NCBI GenBank assembly: GCA_964247055.1
Contig: OZ176055.1
Location: forward strand, 1,240,001-1,304,000
Source of the DNA: Paragordius varius
Taxonomy: Eukaryota > Animalia > Nematomorpha
Reading direction: 5' to 3'
DNA: 64,000 bases
A program made the translations under genes and the position numbers. A model generated the notes under the pieces. It did no database searches and had not been told where the DNA came from. It was given only the letters and a program-made list of their open reading frames with translations. Shown piece after piece: positions 13,401 through 25,766 of the stretch (position 1 is its first letter; every line of letters starts with the position of its first letter).

Positions 13401-16400
13401 TGTTGAATATAGTCCCTTATTCAAAACATAAATACTAACGAACAACTTGATCGGGCGACATTTTTTGAACAAATGGATTGCAATGCACGTGACGTGGCTA
13501 GTTTACTTAAAATATATGTGCGACAATTACCCAACCCTTTGTTAACCCGAAAACACATTATCAATTTTGCTCAAATTTCTAGTAAAAGAGCTTTTTGCAT
13601 TTTATTTATATACCTTGAACAATTCAAATTCACCCTTGAACAATTCAAATTCAATCTTAAGCAATTTAAATTCACCCTCGAACAATTCAAATTCGCTCTT
13701 AAACAATTTAAATTCACCCTCGAACAATTCAAATTCACCCCTTGTATGAAATTTTGTTTTAAATTAAAAAAATGCTGAAAAAATGATAAAATATGTCGTA
13801 AAAATATATTTCTTATAAGTCATGAGTTATAATAGCCCTTGAATTGTTCGAGGGTGTGAATGTGAATTGTAAATGGTATATTATGAAATCCTAAAATTTT
13901 GTCATATAACCATTATAAACTCTAAGGCAAATTATTTTAATTATGAATTAATCTTCTCTCAAATGTTTATTATGCATAATCAAAAAAGATAGATCCTAGA
14001 TTTCAATTAATTTAACTTTGCACTTCAATTACATAACATTATAGTCGATTTTTAAATCTACCAAACTTTTTATATACCATTTATACATCAATGTCGCCCT
14101 TGAAAATTTAAATTTACCCTCAAACAATTTATATGTTAAAAGAAATTATGTATAATTGAATATTATAAATTAGATATTTTTTATATTTTTAAAAAAATAA
14201 AATTTTACTTAAAATTAACTTAATACTGAAAGTATAATATACTATGCTATAAAAATTCATATTAATAACGAATTATATTAGCCCGAAAACATATTACCTA
14301 TTTTTAGGGTGAATTTAAATTGTTTAAGGGTGAATTTCAGCTGTAAATGGTATATTTGAAATGTACCAATAAATAATTTATGGAAAAATTACTCCTTTTC
14401 ATTAGTTGTATTTAGAAATATTGTAAAAAACATTTACACCTTAAAGTATATTAGTTTTTTTATTTTAAAGTTCTCATACCATAAATTAATTAGGTCAATC
14501 CATAGTGATATACCATTTAAAGATGAAATTCACCCTTAAACAATTTAAATTCACCCTAAAATAAATTATGTTTTTTCGAACTAATCTCATTATCAATAAA
14601 AATATATCTTTATGGCATAGTTTATTATTTTAATCTTAAAAAACAAATAATTTATTTTTTAAAATATATAAAATTTTAGGTAATTTTTATCCTAAAAAAA
14701 CATATAATTTATTTGAGGGTGAATTTGAATTGTTCAAGGGTAAATTTGAATTGTTTAAGGGTGAGTTTGAATTGTAAATGGTATATCAGTCATTGTTTTA
14801 ATATATTGTGTTGTATTCATGGTTGTAAAGTTTTTTCCCAATTAAATATAGAAATACCGGATTTGAATGATCAAATTTGTGCGCTTAATTACTTGATTAT
14901 ACTTTTACCCGATGTTCATAACCATACGTTTCGTGTAAGTATTACATCTATTTAGATTTTAACTAACCAAATATAAATATATATATACCATTTACACTTC
15001 GAATTCACCCTTGAACAAAATTCAAATTTACCTCAAAATAAATTAAATATATATTTTTGATTATTAAAAAATGAAATTTGGTTTAAAATTACATATAATA
15101 CGGAAATATAATAAACTATGGTACAAAGAGATAATTTGTATTAATGATGAATTATATTACCCCGAAAACACATAATTTATTTTATTGTTCGAGGGTGAAT
15201 TTGAATTTTTTAAGGGTGAATTCGAGATATAAATGATAAATATTGATATCATTTTTTTTTCTTTTTCAAAATTCACAAATTATTTTGTGAATGAATCTTT
15301 TTTATTTTTTTAGGATGTAACATTTAATCTTTAAAGGTGCGTGTGAATAGGCATAATTTCAATTTTCTGTACAAATTGAATGGCAAAGTTAAATACCTAT
15401 TTTATATTTTAATTCGTCTCCCATTATATTACATAGATTTTTTTCGTTTAAATTTTGCAATTTTTGCATTCATATGCCAAAACACTGCTAGTTTTTTTAA
15501 AATATTTTATATAAAATTTTACCATAAAAAAAGGTTTAATAAGTAATTTCTCGTTCTCGTTTTAGATGTTTGTAAAATTACTCAAAAACATTGCTCAACA
15601 TGCTCAACAAAATAAAATGGATTACGATAATTTAGCTCTTGTTTTAGCTCCCACACTTTTCCCCAAAGACCTGATAAGTCCTATTCATTTTGGGGGTAAT
15701 TTTTTACCCTGCTGCCATATACCAAACGGGATTCGAAATCCGCCACCACCCCCAGCAAATAATATAAAAAACAGCTGCAATAATAATGTTAAATATAATT
15801 CTCCACCATCCTCTCATAATAATACCAACGATACTACGTTTAATTTTTCCGTAGTTAACAATAAAAAGAACCAAAAACAGGTTGACCAAGTTAAACAATC
15901 ATCTGTTCTGCTTAAAATAATACTCTTACTCGATAATATACTTTGGAAGGTAAATAATTTTTAAATTAATATATACCATTTCCCAGTCTAAATAAACGTT
16001 TTCCCAGTCAATCGAAACATTTTCCCAGTCAATCGAAACATTTTCCCAGTCAATCGAAACGTTTTCCCAGTCAATCGAAACTTTTTCCCAGTCAATCAAA
16101 ACGTTTTCCTAGTCAATCGAAACATTTTCCCAGTCAATAGAAACATTTTCCCAGTCAATAAAAACATCCCAATTAATAAAAACGTTTTCCCAGTCAATAA
16201 AAACGGTTTTATTTTTGATGATAAGTATCAAAACAAGATAGAAAAATAACTTTTAACCATTATCAGCGTAATATTAGGATATTATTTTTTATAAAATCAC
16301 AATTATTTAATGATTTCCTATATATTCCAATACACAATCATTAATAATTTATTCTTTATAAGCTATATTAACTGAAAGAATATTTTGTGGTTTTTAAGTA

Positions 16401-19400
16401 TTTTTAAGAAAATATTTAATAATTTTTTTATTTTATCGATGGTTCGCATTAATATTCGAGGCTAACTTTTAAAGTCTATAGTTACGGATAATAAAATTTA
16501 TAAAAATATACCATTTTTATCTCAAATTGGTCATTTAACACTTCAAATTGGATCATAAACATGTCGAATTGTAAAAAATACTGTCGGAAAAAAATTTGAA
16601 CAAAACATGGTTTTATATATGTTTTTCATTAAAAAATATTTTATAAAAAAGGATATTCTAACACAATGGCTTTGCGGGCCGCATTTTTAACTCAAAAAGC
16701 ACGGCGTTCCGAATTCGTATTATATAAGGACATTCATAAATAATTTATTCGATCTAAAACATAAGACTGTAAAGCACATACACAATATATTTTTTAATTC
16801 GTTGTCAATTTTATAGACTCATTTAGAATAATAGCGTAAGAAATATGAATTTTACTAAGATCTTGTTGGCAAATTTTTGCATTGGATTTCCAAATTTTTC
16901 GCGGGCCGCACAAAGATACTCGGAAGGTCGCCTTAGGCCTCCCATGAACCAAATGATAAATATAAAAAATAGGGTAAAATTTATGTTTAAGACCCAATAT
17001 GATGTGTTAAATGACCAATTTGAGATAAAAATGGTATATTTTTATAAATTTTATTATCCGTAACTGTAAACTTTAAAAGTTAGCCTCGAATATTAATGCG
17101 AACCATCGATAAAATAAAAAAATAATTAAATATTTTCTTAAAAATACTTAAAAACCATAAAATATTCTTCCAGTTAATATAGCTTATAAAGAATAAATTA
17201 TTAATGATTGTGTATTGGAATATATAGGAAATTATTAAATAATTGTGATTTTATAAAAAATAATATCCTAATATTACGCTGATAATGGTTAAAAGTTATT
17301 TTTCTATCTTGTTTTGATACTTATCATTAAAAATAAAACCGTTTTTATTGACTGGGAAAATGTTTTTATTGACTGGGAAAATGTTTCTATTGACTGGGAA
17401 AATGTTTCGATTGACTGGGAAAACGTTTGATTGACTGGGAAAACGTTTCGATTGACTGGGAAAACGTTTCGATTGACTGGGAAAATGTTACGACTGACTG
17501 GGAAAACGTTTATTTAGACTGGGAAATGGTATAGTATATAAGGTCAGGGGTTAATTTTTTTAAGCACACCCCTAGACCTAATTAGTTTTCTTGCAAAAAT
17601 ACTTTAAATTCTAGTTATTTTTAATTTATAATTTAATTATATTTTGGACGTTTAACAAAGATTACCAGTAGTAATCGAAAATTTACGATAAATTCATATA
17701 ATTTTAGCTGAATTATAATTGCAATATAATAATTTAGTTAATATCCTTTCTAATAATATCAATATTATCATTTTTAACAGTTGATCATTGATAAAACTGT
17801 TTAATCGGTTTACCTTTGTATGTTTTTTTCTTAATTATAATAATCTGGCTATTAATTAGTTTATGATTCAAATTTTTAGACCCTCAATCAATCGCGTTTT
17901 ATAGATGTGCTAGGAATAATTTTGTTAACTGTTTAAGTTTTAATTTAAGAAAATATGACATTTTTTAAAACAAATGTTTCTATATGTTATTTATTTTCAC
18001 TTAATTTCACAAAATATTTTGTTTTTGCAGATACCAGAATATTTTATTGATCAACTGAGGATTATAAATGAGGACAAACAGAAAAAAGGAAAAAAAGTAT
18101 ACCATATATTGTTTATATTCATAGAAAACTAATTGTGAATATCCGTGTGCTCTTGCAAAACCCTTCAATTGCAATATGGTACGTTTTTAATATTAAATTA
18201 CACAATAAATTTTAAAACATTTTTATGACCTTAAGAGTGTATTCATTAATTAACTTATTTAATAAAACCTAAAAATATAAAAATTATAAAAAAAATTTTT
18301 TTAAATTTTTTCCTGTCATTTACTTTTTTTACCTTGTTTGTTAACTCGTTACCTTGCAACATATTATAATAATTTAGTTAATTTACATAGGTATATATTA
18401 TAATTTACCCAGCCAATTTTTGATTACTAATTTTTATTCCGCATTAATTTAACTATTTTTTGAAAGCTATCCAACTGGCTCGAAGTTACGAAAATTTCCA
18501 AAAATTGATTTACAGTAAAAATTGAAATTATAAGGACAAATTTAAAAACTAATTGTTTTGAATTGTAAAGCTTGAAATAGATATGTAAATTGGCAAAACA
18601 ATTAATTATATATTTTACAATTGTAAATACATCATTTATGCTAGAAAAATCTTGGTTTTAACAAGTATGGATGTCCTTTAAAAATATGTCTATATTTTAC
18701 GTTTCGTCCGTATAATTTTGATTTTTACTTTTTTATATATTCCCTTTTATCACAACGAAATATCAACTCATTATATATATATATATATATATATATTATT
18801 GATCTGGAGCCCTAATATATATTGGCTCTGTTTTGTATATTGTAACTATAAATCCAATTATTATTGTATTTACAAAGAAAATTAAAATTTTTTACATTGT
18901 TACCCATATTTATTTCTTTTATGATCACTTTAGGATATGGTTGAGGTTGATATCCCAGTCGAAATGATTGATCGAAGTATCCGAAAAATTATAACAACTC
19001 AAATAAATCGAACCGATAAAGTGGGAAAAGTTATTGAGAAATGTCAAAACTTTCTATTCATTTCGGCGTTGAATCACGTCGTCTTATATGAATGTTCAGG
19101 CAATATTGGTTAGTTTTTTAGTTTAAAAGGGGAATTCATAATAATTAGAAAACTTAAATTAAAGTAGTCAGTCAGGTTTAATCGGTCGGTTATAAATGCT
19201 TTTAAGTTGGGGTTGGGAGTTTGTAATAATATTAACCCAAAATTTGAAAATGTGTGTATCATATTATCATTATTTTTATAAATGTAAACATACGTTTTTA
19301 ATTGATTTTACTTTGTTTATAATTGTTATGATGTTTGATATGTCAACTTTCAACATGCGCATTTTTAAGCCTTAAAATAATAATATCCTATTTACTGTAA

Positions 19401-19840
19401 ACAATTTAAAATAAAGTATAAAATCAATTAAGAACGTATGTTTTACATTTATAAACCTACATGACTGCAACAGTACATTTCCAAATTATAAAAAATTTAA
19501 GAAAAAAAAATCTAATTTAAATTTATGAAACTGAAATTTAATATATATTACATTCAACGCCAGTTTTGTTATTAATTTAACAAATTTTTATTTTTAGTAT
19601 GATTGATTTTGGATAGAATTATTTGCATCTAAAAGAAGTCAGACCGAACATTTTTTTTCCTTAAGGATTAAAACAAAATTTGTATTAAAATTAGTGTTAT
19701 ATATATATATATCAATTTATATAATATATTTTTGTTTGTAATATATAGTTGAAAGGCGATTAAATCCATCCTATAACTTATTTGCAATATTGGAAAAAAA
19801 TCCAAGCTGTATTTTATTACTCAGGGAACATCAAAATTAA
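7479..19840 (+). CDS. ARHGAP18: Rho GTPase-activating protein, ARHGAP18/28/40 (Conundrum) family, ~737 aa, 14 exons (family-level assignment)
   Basis: Exons 7479-7497, 7525-7587, 7612-7917, 7977-8093, 8181-8350, 8862-9299, 10456-10533, 13413-13581, 14852-14934, 15566-15949, 18031-18096, 18125-18178, 18934-19108, 19749-19840. Family motifs WFEDIGL..SLTKQQ, DMKEIKKLALMELT, arginine finger EEGIFRISGS, DVASLLKIYVRQLPNPLL, NKMDYDNLALVLAPTLF, C-terminal LYECSGNIVERRL. Confidence 0.9.
7498..7524 (+). other. Ultra-short intron, 27 nt (RhoGAP)
   Basis: gttttctaaaaattgtataatctttag; contains an in-frame TAA; removal joins ATG exon to the conserved EYDEVLWFEDIGL. Donor is weak. Confidence 0.6.
7588..7611 (+). 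other. Ultra-short intron, 24 nt (RhoGAP)
   Basis: gtatattttacacttaatggatag; in-frame TAA at 7602-7604 lies between two conserved family motifs. Confidence 0.75.
8375..8535. mobile_element. Tc1/mariner-type MITE (TA-CAGT...ACTG-TA)
   Basis: TA flanks; inverted arms share ataaaacaatattagtccataaaa; starts 24 nt after the donor at 8351. Confidence 0.8.
11736..12704. mobile_element. TATA-CCATTT family B MITE with a nested ~440-bp repeat
   Basis: TIR ccatttgcacatcaagagtgtcctt / aaggacactcttgatgtgcaaatgg; TATA on both sides; 21-bp subterminal unit acttcaagttggtccttgaac; inverted sister copy at 28309-28890. Confidence 0.85.
11915..12355. repeat. Unclassified interspersed repeat (aatgctggcttt...ccggaaaaccggtaaacccattcaaatcc...)
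   Basis: Clear similarity to two tandem copies at 51877-52560; absent from the sister family-B element. Confidence 0.75.
13613..13876. mobile_element. TATA-CCATTT family A MITE
   Basis: About six 21-bp units (aattcaaattcacccttgaac) on the left arm; ends gtaaatgg|tata. Source of spurious ORF 13567..13749 and the repeat tail of ORF 13473..13778. Confidence 0.85.
14077..14350. mobile_element. TATA-CCATTT family A MITE
   Basis: tata|ccattta...tgtaaatgg|tata with inverted 21-bp units. Confidence 0.85.
14513..14781. mobile_element. TATA-CCATTT family A MITE
   Basis: tata|ccattta...gtaaatgg|tata with inverted 21-bp units. Confidence 0.85.
14988..15236. mobile_element. TATA-CCATTT family A MITE (right end degenerate)
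   Basis: tata|ccatttacacttcgaattcacccttgaac...gggtgaattcgagatataaatga. Confidence 0.8.
15976..17529. mobile_element. TATA-CCATTT family C foldback element, 1.55 kb
   Basis: Highly similar ~550-590-bp inverted arms (15976-~16562 and ~16983-17529), each with ~9-10 copies of the 21-bp unit ttttcccagtcaatcgaaaca; ~420-bp spacer; TATA on both sides. Confidence 0.93.
18097..18124 (+). other. Ultra-short intron, 28 nt (RhoGAP)
   Basis: gtataccatatattgtttatattcatag; phase 0, followed by a 54-nt exon with a GTACG donor. Skipping that exon would also keep frame. Confidence 0.6.
18513..18730. mobile_element. Family D MITE (TA-CAGTAAAAA, Tc1/pogo-like termini)
   Basis: tacagtaaaaattgaaattataaggacaaa ... 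tttacgtttcgtccgtataattttgatttttact; same arms recur at 20152, 26058, 31474, 33578, ~34510 and 54597. Confidence 0.7.
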
Positions 19841-21150
19841 TCATTTTAAAGGTTTGAAGTGGATTTCCAATGGTGATAGCAAAACAAATTTTTTTGTTTT
19901 AATAAAAAAATATTAAATTAATAATTTATTAACCTATATCTATATCCCAAATTTTTACTAGCAAATAACAAATTATCATACATATATTTTTATACACACA
20001 TATATACATTTTTGTAATATAGTTTTAATAAATTTTATTCGGTGTTTAAATCAAAATTGCGCATAAAAAGTCAAACTTTCACAGGTAAAAACTAAACTCT
20101 AACATGGTCATAATTGTGGAATATTTTGTCTTAATGTAAATTTCATACCTACAGTAAAAATATAAAGACAAATATTTTTTTGTAAAAGACTATCATAAAT
20201 TTTAAATCATTTTTTTATATATAACTCATTGTTAACAACAGTATTAATTAAATGTTTATTGTTAACACAATAAATTACATATTTTGCGATTGTTATTAGA
20301 ATGATTTTTATAGGATGAATCAAAGTTAAAAAAGTATGATTATCTTTTGAAAAAAATTTATATTTTTACGTTTTGTCCGTTTAATGTAAATTTCGCATTT
20401 AAAAAGTAGAATGACCTGCAAAAAATTTTGTTGGATACAACAAAACGCTTTTTAGTTATTTCTGTTTTCAGTTCTGGTGTCTACCTATATGATTTATTGT
20501 TTTGTACAAAATGCGTTAATTTATGTTCAAAAGATATTTTTGTTCCAATGTTGTTTGGTCAAATGATTTACTTCCATTTGCAATAACGGGGATACCTTTA
20601 TTGTAGACAAGAAACTGCAAAAATTTCTAGTATTCTTGTTAAGGTTAAAAAATAAAATGCTTTATTTTGTTGAATTGTTGCTTACTATCGCCTAATAATA
20701 TCTTTTACAACTATGTTACGGGTTTAATAAGTCGAATAAAAATTGTTTATAGTATGAATTAAAAAAATACAATATTATATAATTATAATCATAAAAATAT
20801 ATTAACAATTTTCCCCAGCAGGAGCGCTTCCAGTAGAACCTTCGAAAAAAATTTTTATTATAAAAAAGCTCAACATTTTATTTAATCACAGTTTTTTACC
20901 TTTGTAAATCTGCAGCGCTGTCAAGTGTGCGGGTGTAAAATATATTTTATTTTTTGCGTAAGTGAAATTTTTGTGATAAAAGTATATTAGACCCTTTACA
21001 TTATGTCCTTAAACTATTTCAGTAAAATACATCTCAAACTGTACTAATATAGATCGGACCCGTGTGTTTTATAATTTGACGGTAAAATATACTGTTTTGG
21101 TTACAAATTGGAAAAATTGCGTAAAATTAAAGCGGTGCTTATTTCGCATA

Positions 21151-22295
21151 TCAGGTCTATTCATAATTATTACCGTTTTTTTTGGTAAAAACACATGTAA
21201 TTTAAAGAAATCAAATTTATTTTATTCATATTATACATCGGCTGCTACACATTTCGCATATCTCAGGTAATATATAAATGCCTGCTAGAAAAGAGATTGA
21301 CTTTTGCTGAAAACCATTCAGTCAAGCCAGAATCCGACCTCTTCAAAATTATCAAAATGCCGCTCGGCCATGGCGTATCTCCGTCAGGTCAGGAGAGTTT
21401 AGCAGATGCGGAAAAAACTCCAATCAACTGGTTTTGCCGTGTGAGACGGATCATTGTCATGTAGCAAATTCATTTTGCTATTTTTTTCTGGCTCGCTTCC
21501 ATTAATGCATGGTTTTAATTAAGTATTTGTTAGGGATAATGTATAAAGGACACTTTAAAAGCTCATAATGCACAATACCGATCTGGTCCAGAGTAGGTTT
21601 TTTGCCCTGATTTCGCCTTATTGTGGATGTAACGGCTTGCCAGGAAGATAACAAAGATTTTTCGTTTTGAATTTACAAAATTCAGGCCATTTTTTATCAC
21701 TCATCCAATTCGATACAAAAATGCTATCTTTTCGTGACGACGAAGCAGGATTTGACAAGTCACTTTGCGATTTAAGATTGACGTTAATTTATACTTTGTC
21801 AAACCCTTTTACCAAGTTTTTTGGTCCTTCCCATTAATCGTAGACATCTATTGATTGTTTTTTTGTGATACATGTATCTTCTAATTGTAGTTAAGTTTAT
21901 GTTGGCTCATTATTCATCACTCTTGCACTTTATAGCCTTTGCAGTTGTGTAAACCAGAGCGCCGATTCTCTTTCAGAGTGTAATCTCAATGTTGAATTTT
22001 TCGAAACCATGTTTCACTATTATAATCGATCGAACTCACAATATGTTTCTGCCAGTAAACGATATCTTACAGCAACGTTTTTCTTCTAACGGCAATGCGT
22101 GCCGCAAATGTTTCTTTTCTGTCACAAAATTCGGCATAATTACTGATTAACGCTAGTTTTTGGTGAACTCAACTTGTGTGTTGTGTATTTGTTAATCATT
22201 TAAAGTCAGATGAACAAAATGAAGTACTAAAATTTAGTCGTCTGCCTACTTTCTCTGACGCCTTCTCATATATAAACCGGTATTGTATGAATATT
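21151..22295 (-). mobile_element. Decayed mariner transposon (Mos1/mauritiana-like transposase pseudogene)
   Basis: Minus-strand fragments MPNFVTEKKHLRHAL (ATG 22137), DQIGIVHYELLK, LLHDNDPSHTAKPV, PHLLNSPDL with many stops and frameshifts; TA-TCAGGTCTATTCATAAT terminus at 21151 and a degenerate inverted copy near 22290. Confidence 0.9.
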
Positions 22296-22401
22296 ATTAT
22301 AATCAACAATCAAAATAATGTTTGATATTGTTATGATTAGATTTAATGCTTTTTTTACTTAATTTTTTGTTTTTATTTGAATAAAGCAGCGGGAAAAATT
22401 T

Positions 22402-24874
22402 ATGAACCCAGAAAACGTTTTAAGTAATAAAATAGTTAACGTTTCGCCCAAAAATTTATCGGACCATTACATTCGTTATGGTATATTTTTCTTGAATATA
22501 ATTTAAATTCTATTGATGTTTTAAAATTAAATTGAAGTACTATTTAGGTGAGTTTATTTCAGAAGTTTTATGGAACAATGGATCCATAATTCAACCAGAT
22601 TTTAGTGTTGAATTACCTTGTGGTAGCTTCAAAGCCCATAAAATAGTTTTTGCTTGTAATTCCAACCTTTTTCGAGATTGGTTTAAGCGACAGAGTTTGA
22701 TATTCAAAAGTGAAACATACAATCTCAAAAATGAATCTTTCCAGTTTGTGAGTAAAAAACGATTTTTTCAAGTATTAAAGGTAAGTCCACATAATAAAAT
22801 ATTTAAAATTTGAAAAGTAATGAGAAAAACCCACTTATTAGAACTGAAACTGTTATTGTGAAACCGGCTTTAGCTTTTTAGAACTGTCTTAAATCCAAAA
22901 AACCAAAAATAGAGATCCATATTAGAACCGCGGTGGCTCCCGTAAAAGTTAAATGTTAATTTTTTAGTTAATTAAAAATTTGTGCCTCTTCGTTATTTTA
23001 ATTTTGTTGTTTATTGTAAACATTTGAATAAAAAAAGTATTTTTTAATATTAAGATGTGAATTTAACCATTTAAATCCAACAGAACAAAATCGGTATCGA
23101 AACCATTTTTTATAGCAAAATTAATGAAACCAAAATTAATTTTGGAACCAATATCAAAAACAATCATCCCGGTTAAATCTCTGATAATTCCTTAATTATA
23201 TATTGAAATTTTGAAATTATTCCAATAAACTTTAAAATGAATTACCTTTACATACATTAACTAACTCGATTTATTAAGGGTAAAATTTAAAAAAGTATTT
23301 GAAGTAAGTTTCATAGGATTTATATTATATGAGGCACTAATAAAATATTGAAGAAAGAGTCAATAAGTATATTGAAGAATTAATTATATGTGTCGAATTT
23401 AAAAATAATTTTTTATTTAAACAACCAATTTATCAAACTTTTTGTATAAAACTATTAATATTTTTGTAAAATTTTAACTTTGAATTTTAAAAAATTCATA
23501 TATTCACGTGCAAAAGTTTCTCTATACTGGAACCATAAGCATTCAAAGGGAAGATATTGCAGAATTGCAAGAAATATCCAAAAAATTGGGTATGAAAAGC
23601 TTAATGGACATTTGTGAATTGGTAAATATTACAATAATTATGCCTATTTAAACTTAGATTAGCCTAGATTTTAAATACAATATAAGTAGGTATATATTGC
23701 TAAAGTTTTAATTATCGCCAAATAGCATATACAACAAAGGGTAGTATTATTGGCTTATAATTATTTTTCTGACTTTTTACTATTATTAGCCAATAATAAT
23801 TCTTTTTGCTAGATATGCTATTTGGCAATAATTATAACTTTCTAGAAATGTATTCTTATTCATTGTAAAATTACGACAAGTAAAAAATAAACCATTTTTA
23901 ATGTTTTGTGTCTGTATATTATGAATTTAATATTTATAAATTTTCCCAAGCGAAATAGAAAATTACAAAATTATAAAATTCATGATTTAATATACAGTCA
24001 TGTATCCTTTATTTTATCAAATTTTTATATTTTTTCGTTTAATGGGTATAATTATTTGGTAAAGAATGGAAAAACAAAAGCTCTATGTTAATTCTTATAC
24101 TTTTTTGGTGAATATAATATTGTTAATCCCATTGATCTCTTGTTTTTTCCATTCTTTACCAAATATCTAACCCATTTAACGAAAAAAATAAATTTATAAA
24201 AAAAAGGATTTATGACAGTAATTGAAATCAATGGTAAAATACTATTAAATTCATTGATTTTATTTTATGAATCTAACACGCACACATTAAATTAAAATAA
24301 ATAAATTTCATTACTATATTAATTTCAGTCATTGTACACTTTAAATAAAATGCCCAATTCGACGGATCCAAATGTTAATCTTAACATTGAAAGCTTAGAA
24401 AAAGTATCTTCTTCTGACTCTAGCCTCAAATCATCAACCCAAAAATCAAAGGACCAAAGAGTTACGACGGCACATTTAAATAGAATACTAGAAGAAAATA
24501 GCCAAAATATTGGGTACGTTATCGTAACTTGTGATTTTAATTTAAATTCCAATCATATGGAAAAACATTTAAATGGTTAAAACAATGTTTATACATTGAT
24601 TTAAAAAGGGAATTTGAAAAATTTATAATGATTCTGGGGTGGGAACCAACGGATCAAAACTCGCATTTAGATCGTTTTCTATCCTATGTTAAATTTGATC
24701 AAATGAAAGATGACGAGCTGGATAGTTGTTTGAAACAAATCACCTCACTCCCCGAGCTAATTTCATACAAAGTTATTATAGAACGGTAAATTCCATTGAA
24801 ATTTAAATATGAATTATAGCTATGAAATATATATTAGGATCTACAAATATTGCGTTCAAAATCAGGAGATATGA
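22402..24874 (+). CDS. Short BTB/POZ protein with BACK-like C-terminus, ~271 aa, 6 exons
   Basis: Exons 22402-22480, 22548-22780, 23517-23621, 24329-24513, 24609-24785, 24838-24874. BTB motifs DFSVEL..FKAHKIVFACNSNLFRDWF and VLKFLYTG; BACK-like GW..LDRFLSYVKFDQM. Two AAG acceptors. Confidence 0.85.
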
Positions 24875-25766
24875 AAAATTAACATAAGAAAATATATATA
24901 CATATTCTGAACATAAAATTTATCAGGATTATCAGGGTGCTTTTGGTTTTGGTTAACAAAGGTATTTTACACTTTTTTGGTCAGTGCTTTATATCAGAAA
25001 ATGGCAAAATTTGCGCATTTCCGATGAAATAATTATACTAAATTTTGATGTCAACTAAAAATAATTTCTAAAAAATTCATACTTTCATAAAGCAAAATTT
25101 TATTCGTATTCCATACTATTTTGCGGCATGATGGAAACGGTTTAAAAACGCTTTAAGATATCAAAAAAAACTTTTATACATAATTCAATGATGCTGGACT
25201 TTTTATCACCTTAGAATTTTAAACTATTCGTTCCTCTTCAAATCTATGTTAAACGCACTACTTTTAAATCCTATTTTACATAAATTTTATACTTTATAGT
25301 TCCCACTCATGTAGGATTCCAAAAGAAAACAGTATAAATGTTTTATACATTAATAAACCAGATGACAAGAAGAAATGAAAAACAAAAAACGATATTTTTT
25401 GGTTTTATTTTGATATGTAAGTGTTTTTACTGAATAAAATATGAATGTTAAGATTTTAATAGTGAGTTCTAGTAAATAATAAAAAAATATTTTTGATATA
25501 GGTTCATAAAAAATTGTTTTTGTCTTTTGAATGGGTTAAAAGAAAAAAACCCATCTTTTGAGCTGAGATTTTATAGAAACCCTAACTATAAGATTTTAGG
25601 CTATCTATATATTGAAAATATCTCCTAAACTGAGATAATAAACAATAATATCTCAAATTTATCATTATTTTTGAATCATCCTTATTTATCCTAAATTTTC
25701 CATTTTAGCCCGATTTCGATTTCATCTCAATATTTAACTTGGTCGTAAACAAATAGAAAACTGCAA

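Noticed and set aside
13567-13778. ORFs with 7-residue repeats (LEQFKFT / NNSNSPL), and similar ORFs at 14713, 28217 and 28856
   Set aside because: They are translations of the 21-bp MITE subterminal repeats.
15976-17529. 21-bp tandem arrays as CRISPR-like or telomeric repeats
   Set aside because: There are no spacers, the context is eukaryotic, and the arrays are subterminal parts of TSD-flanked inverted repeats.
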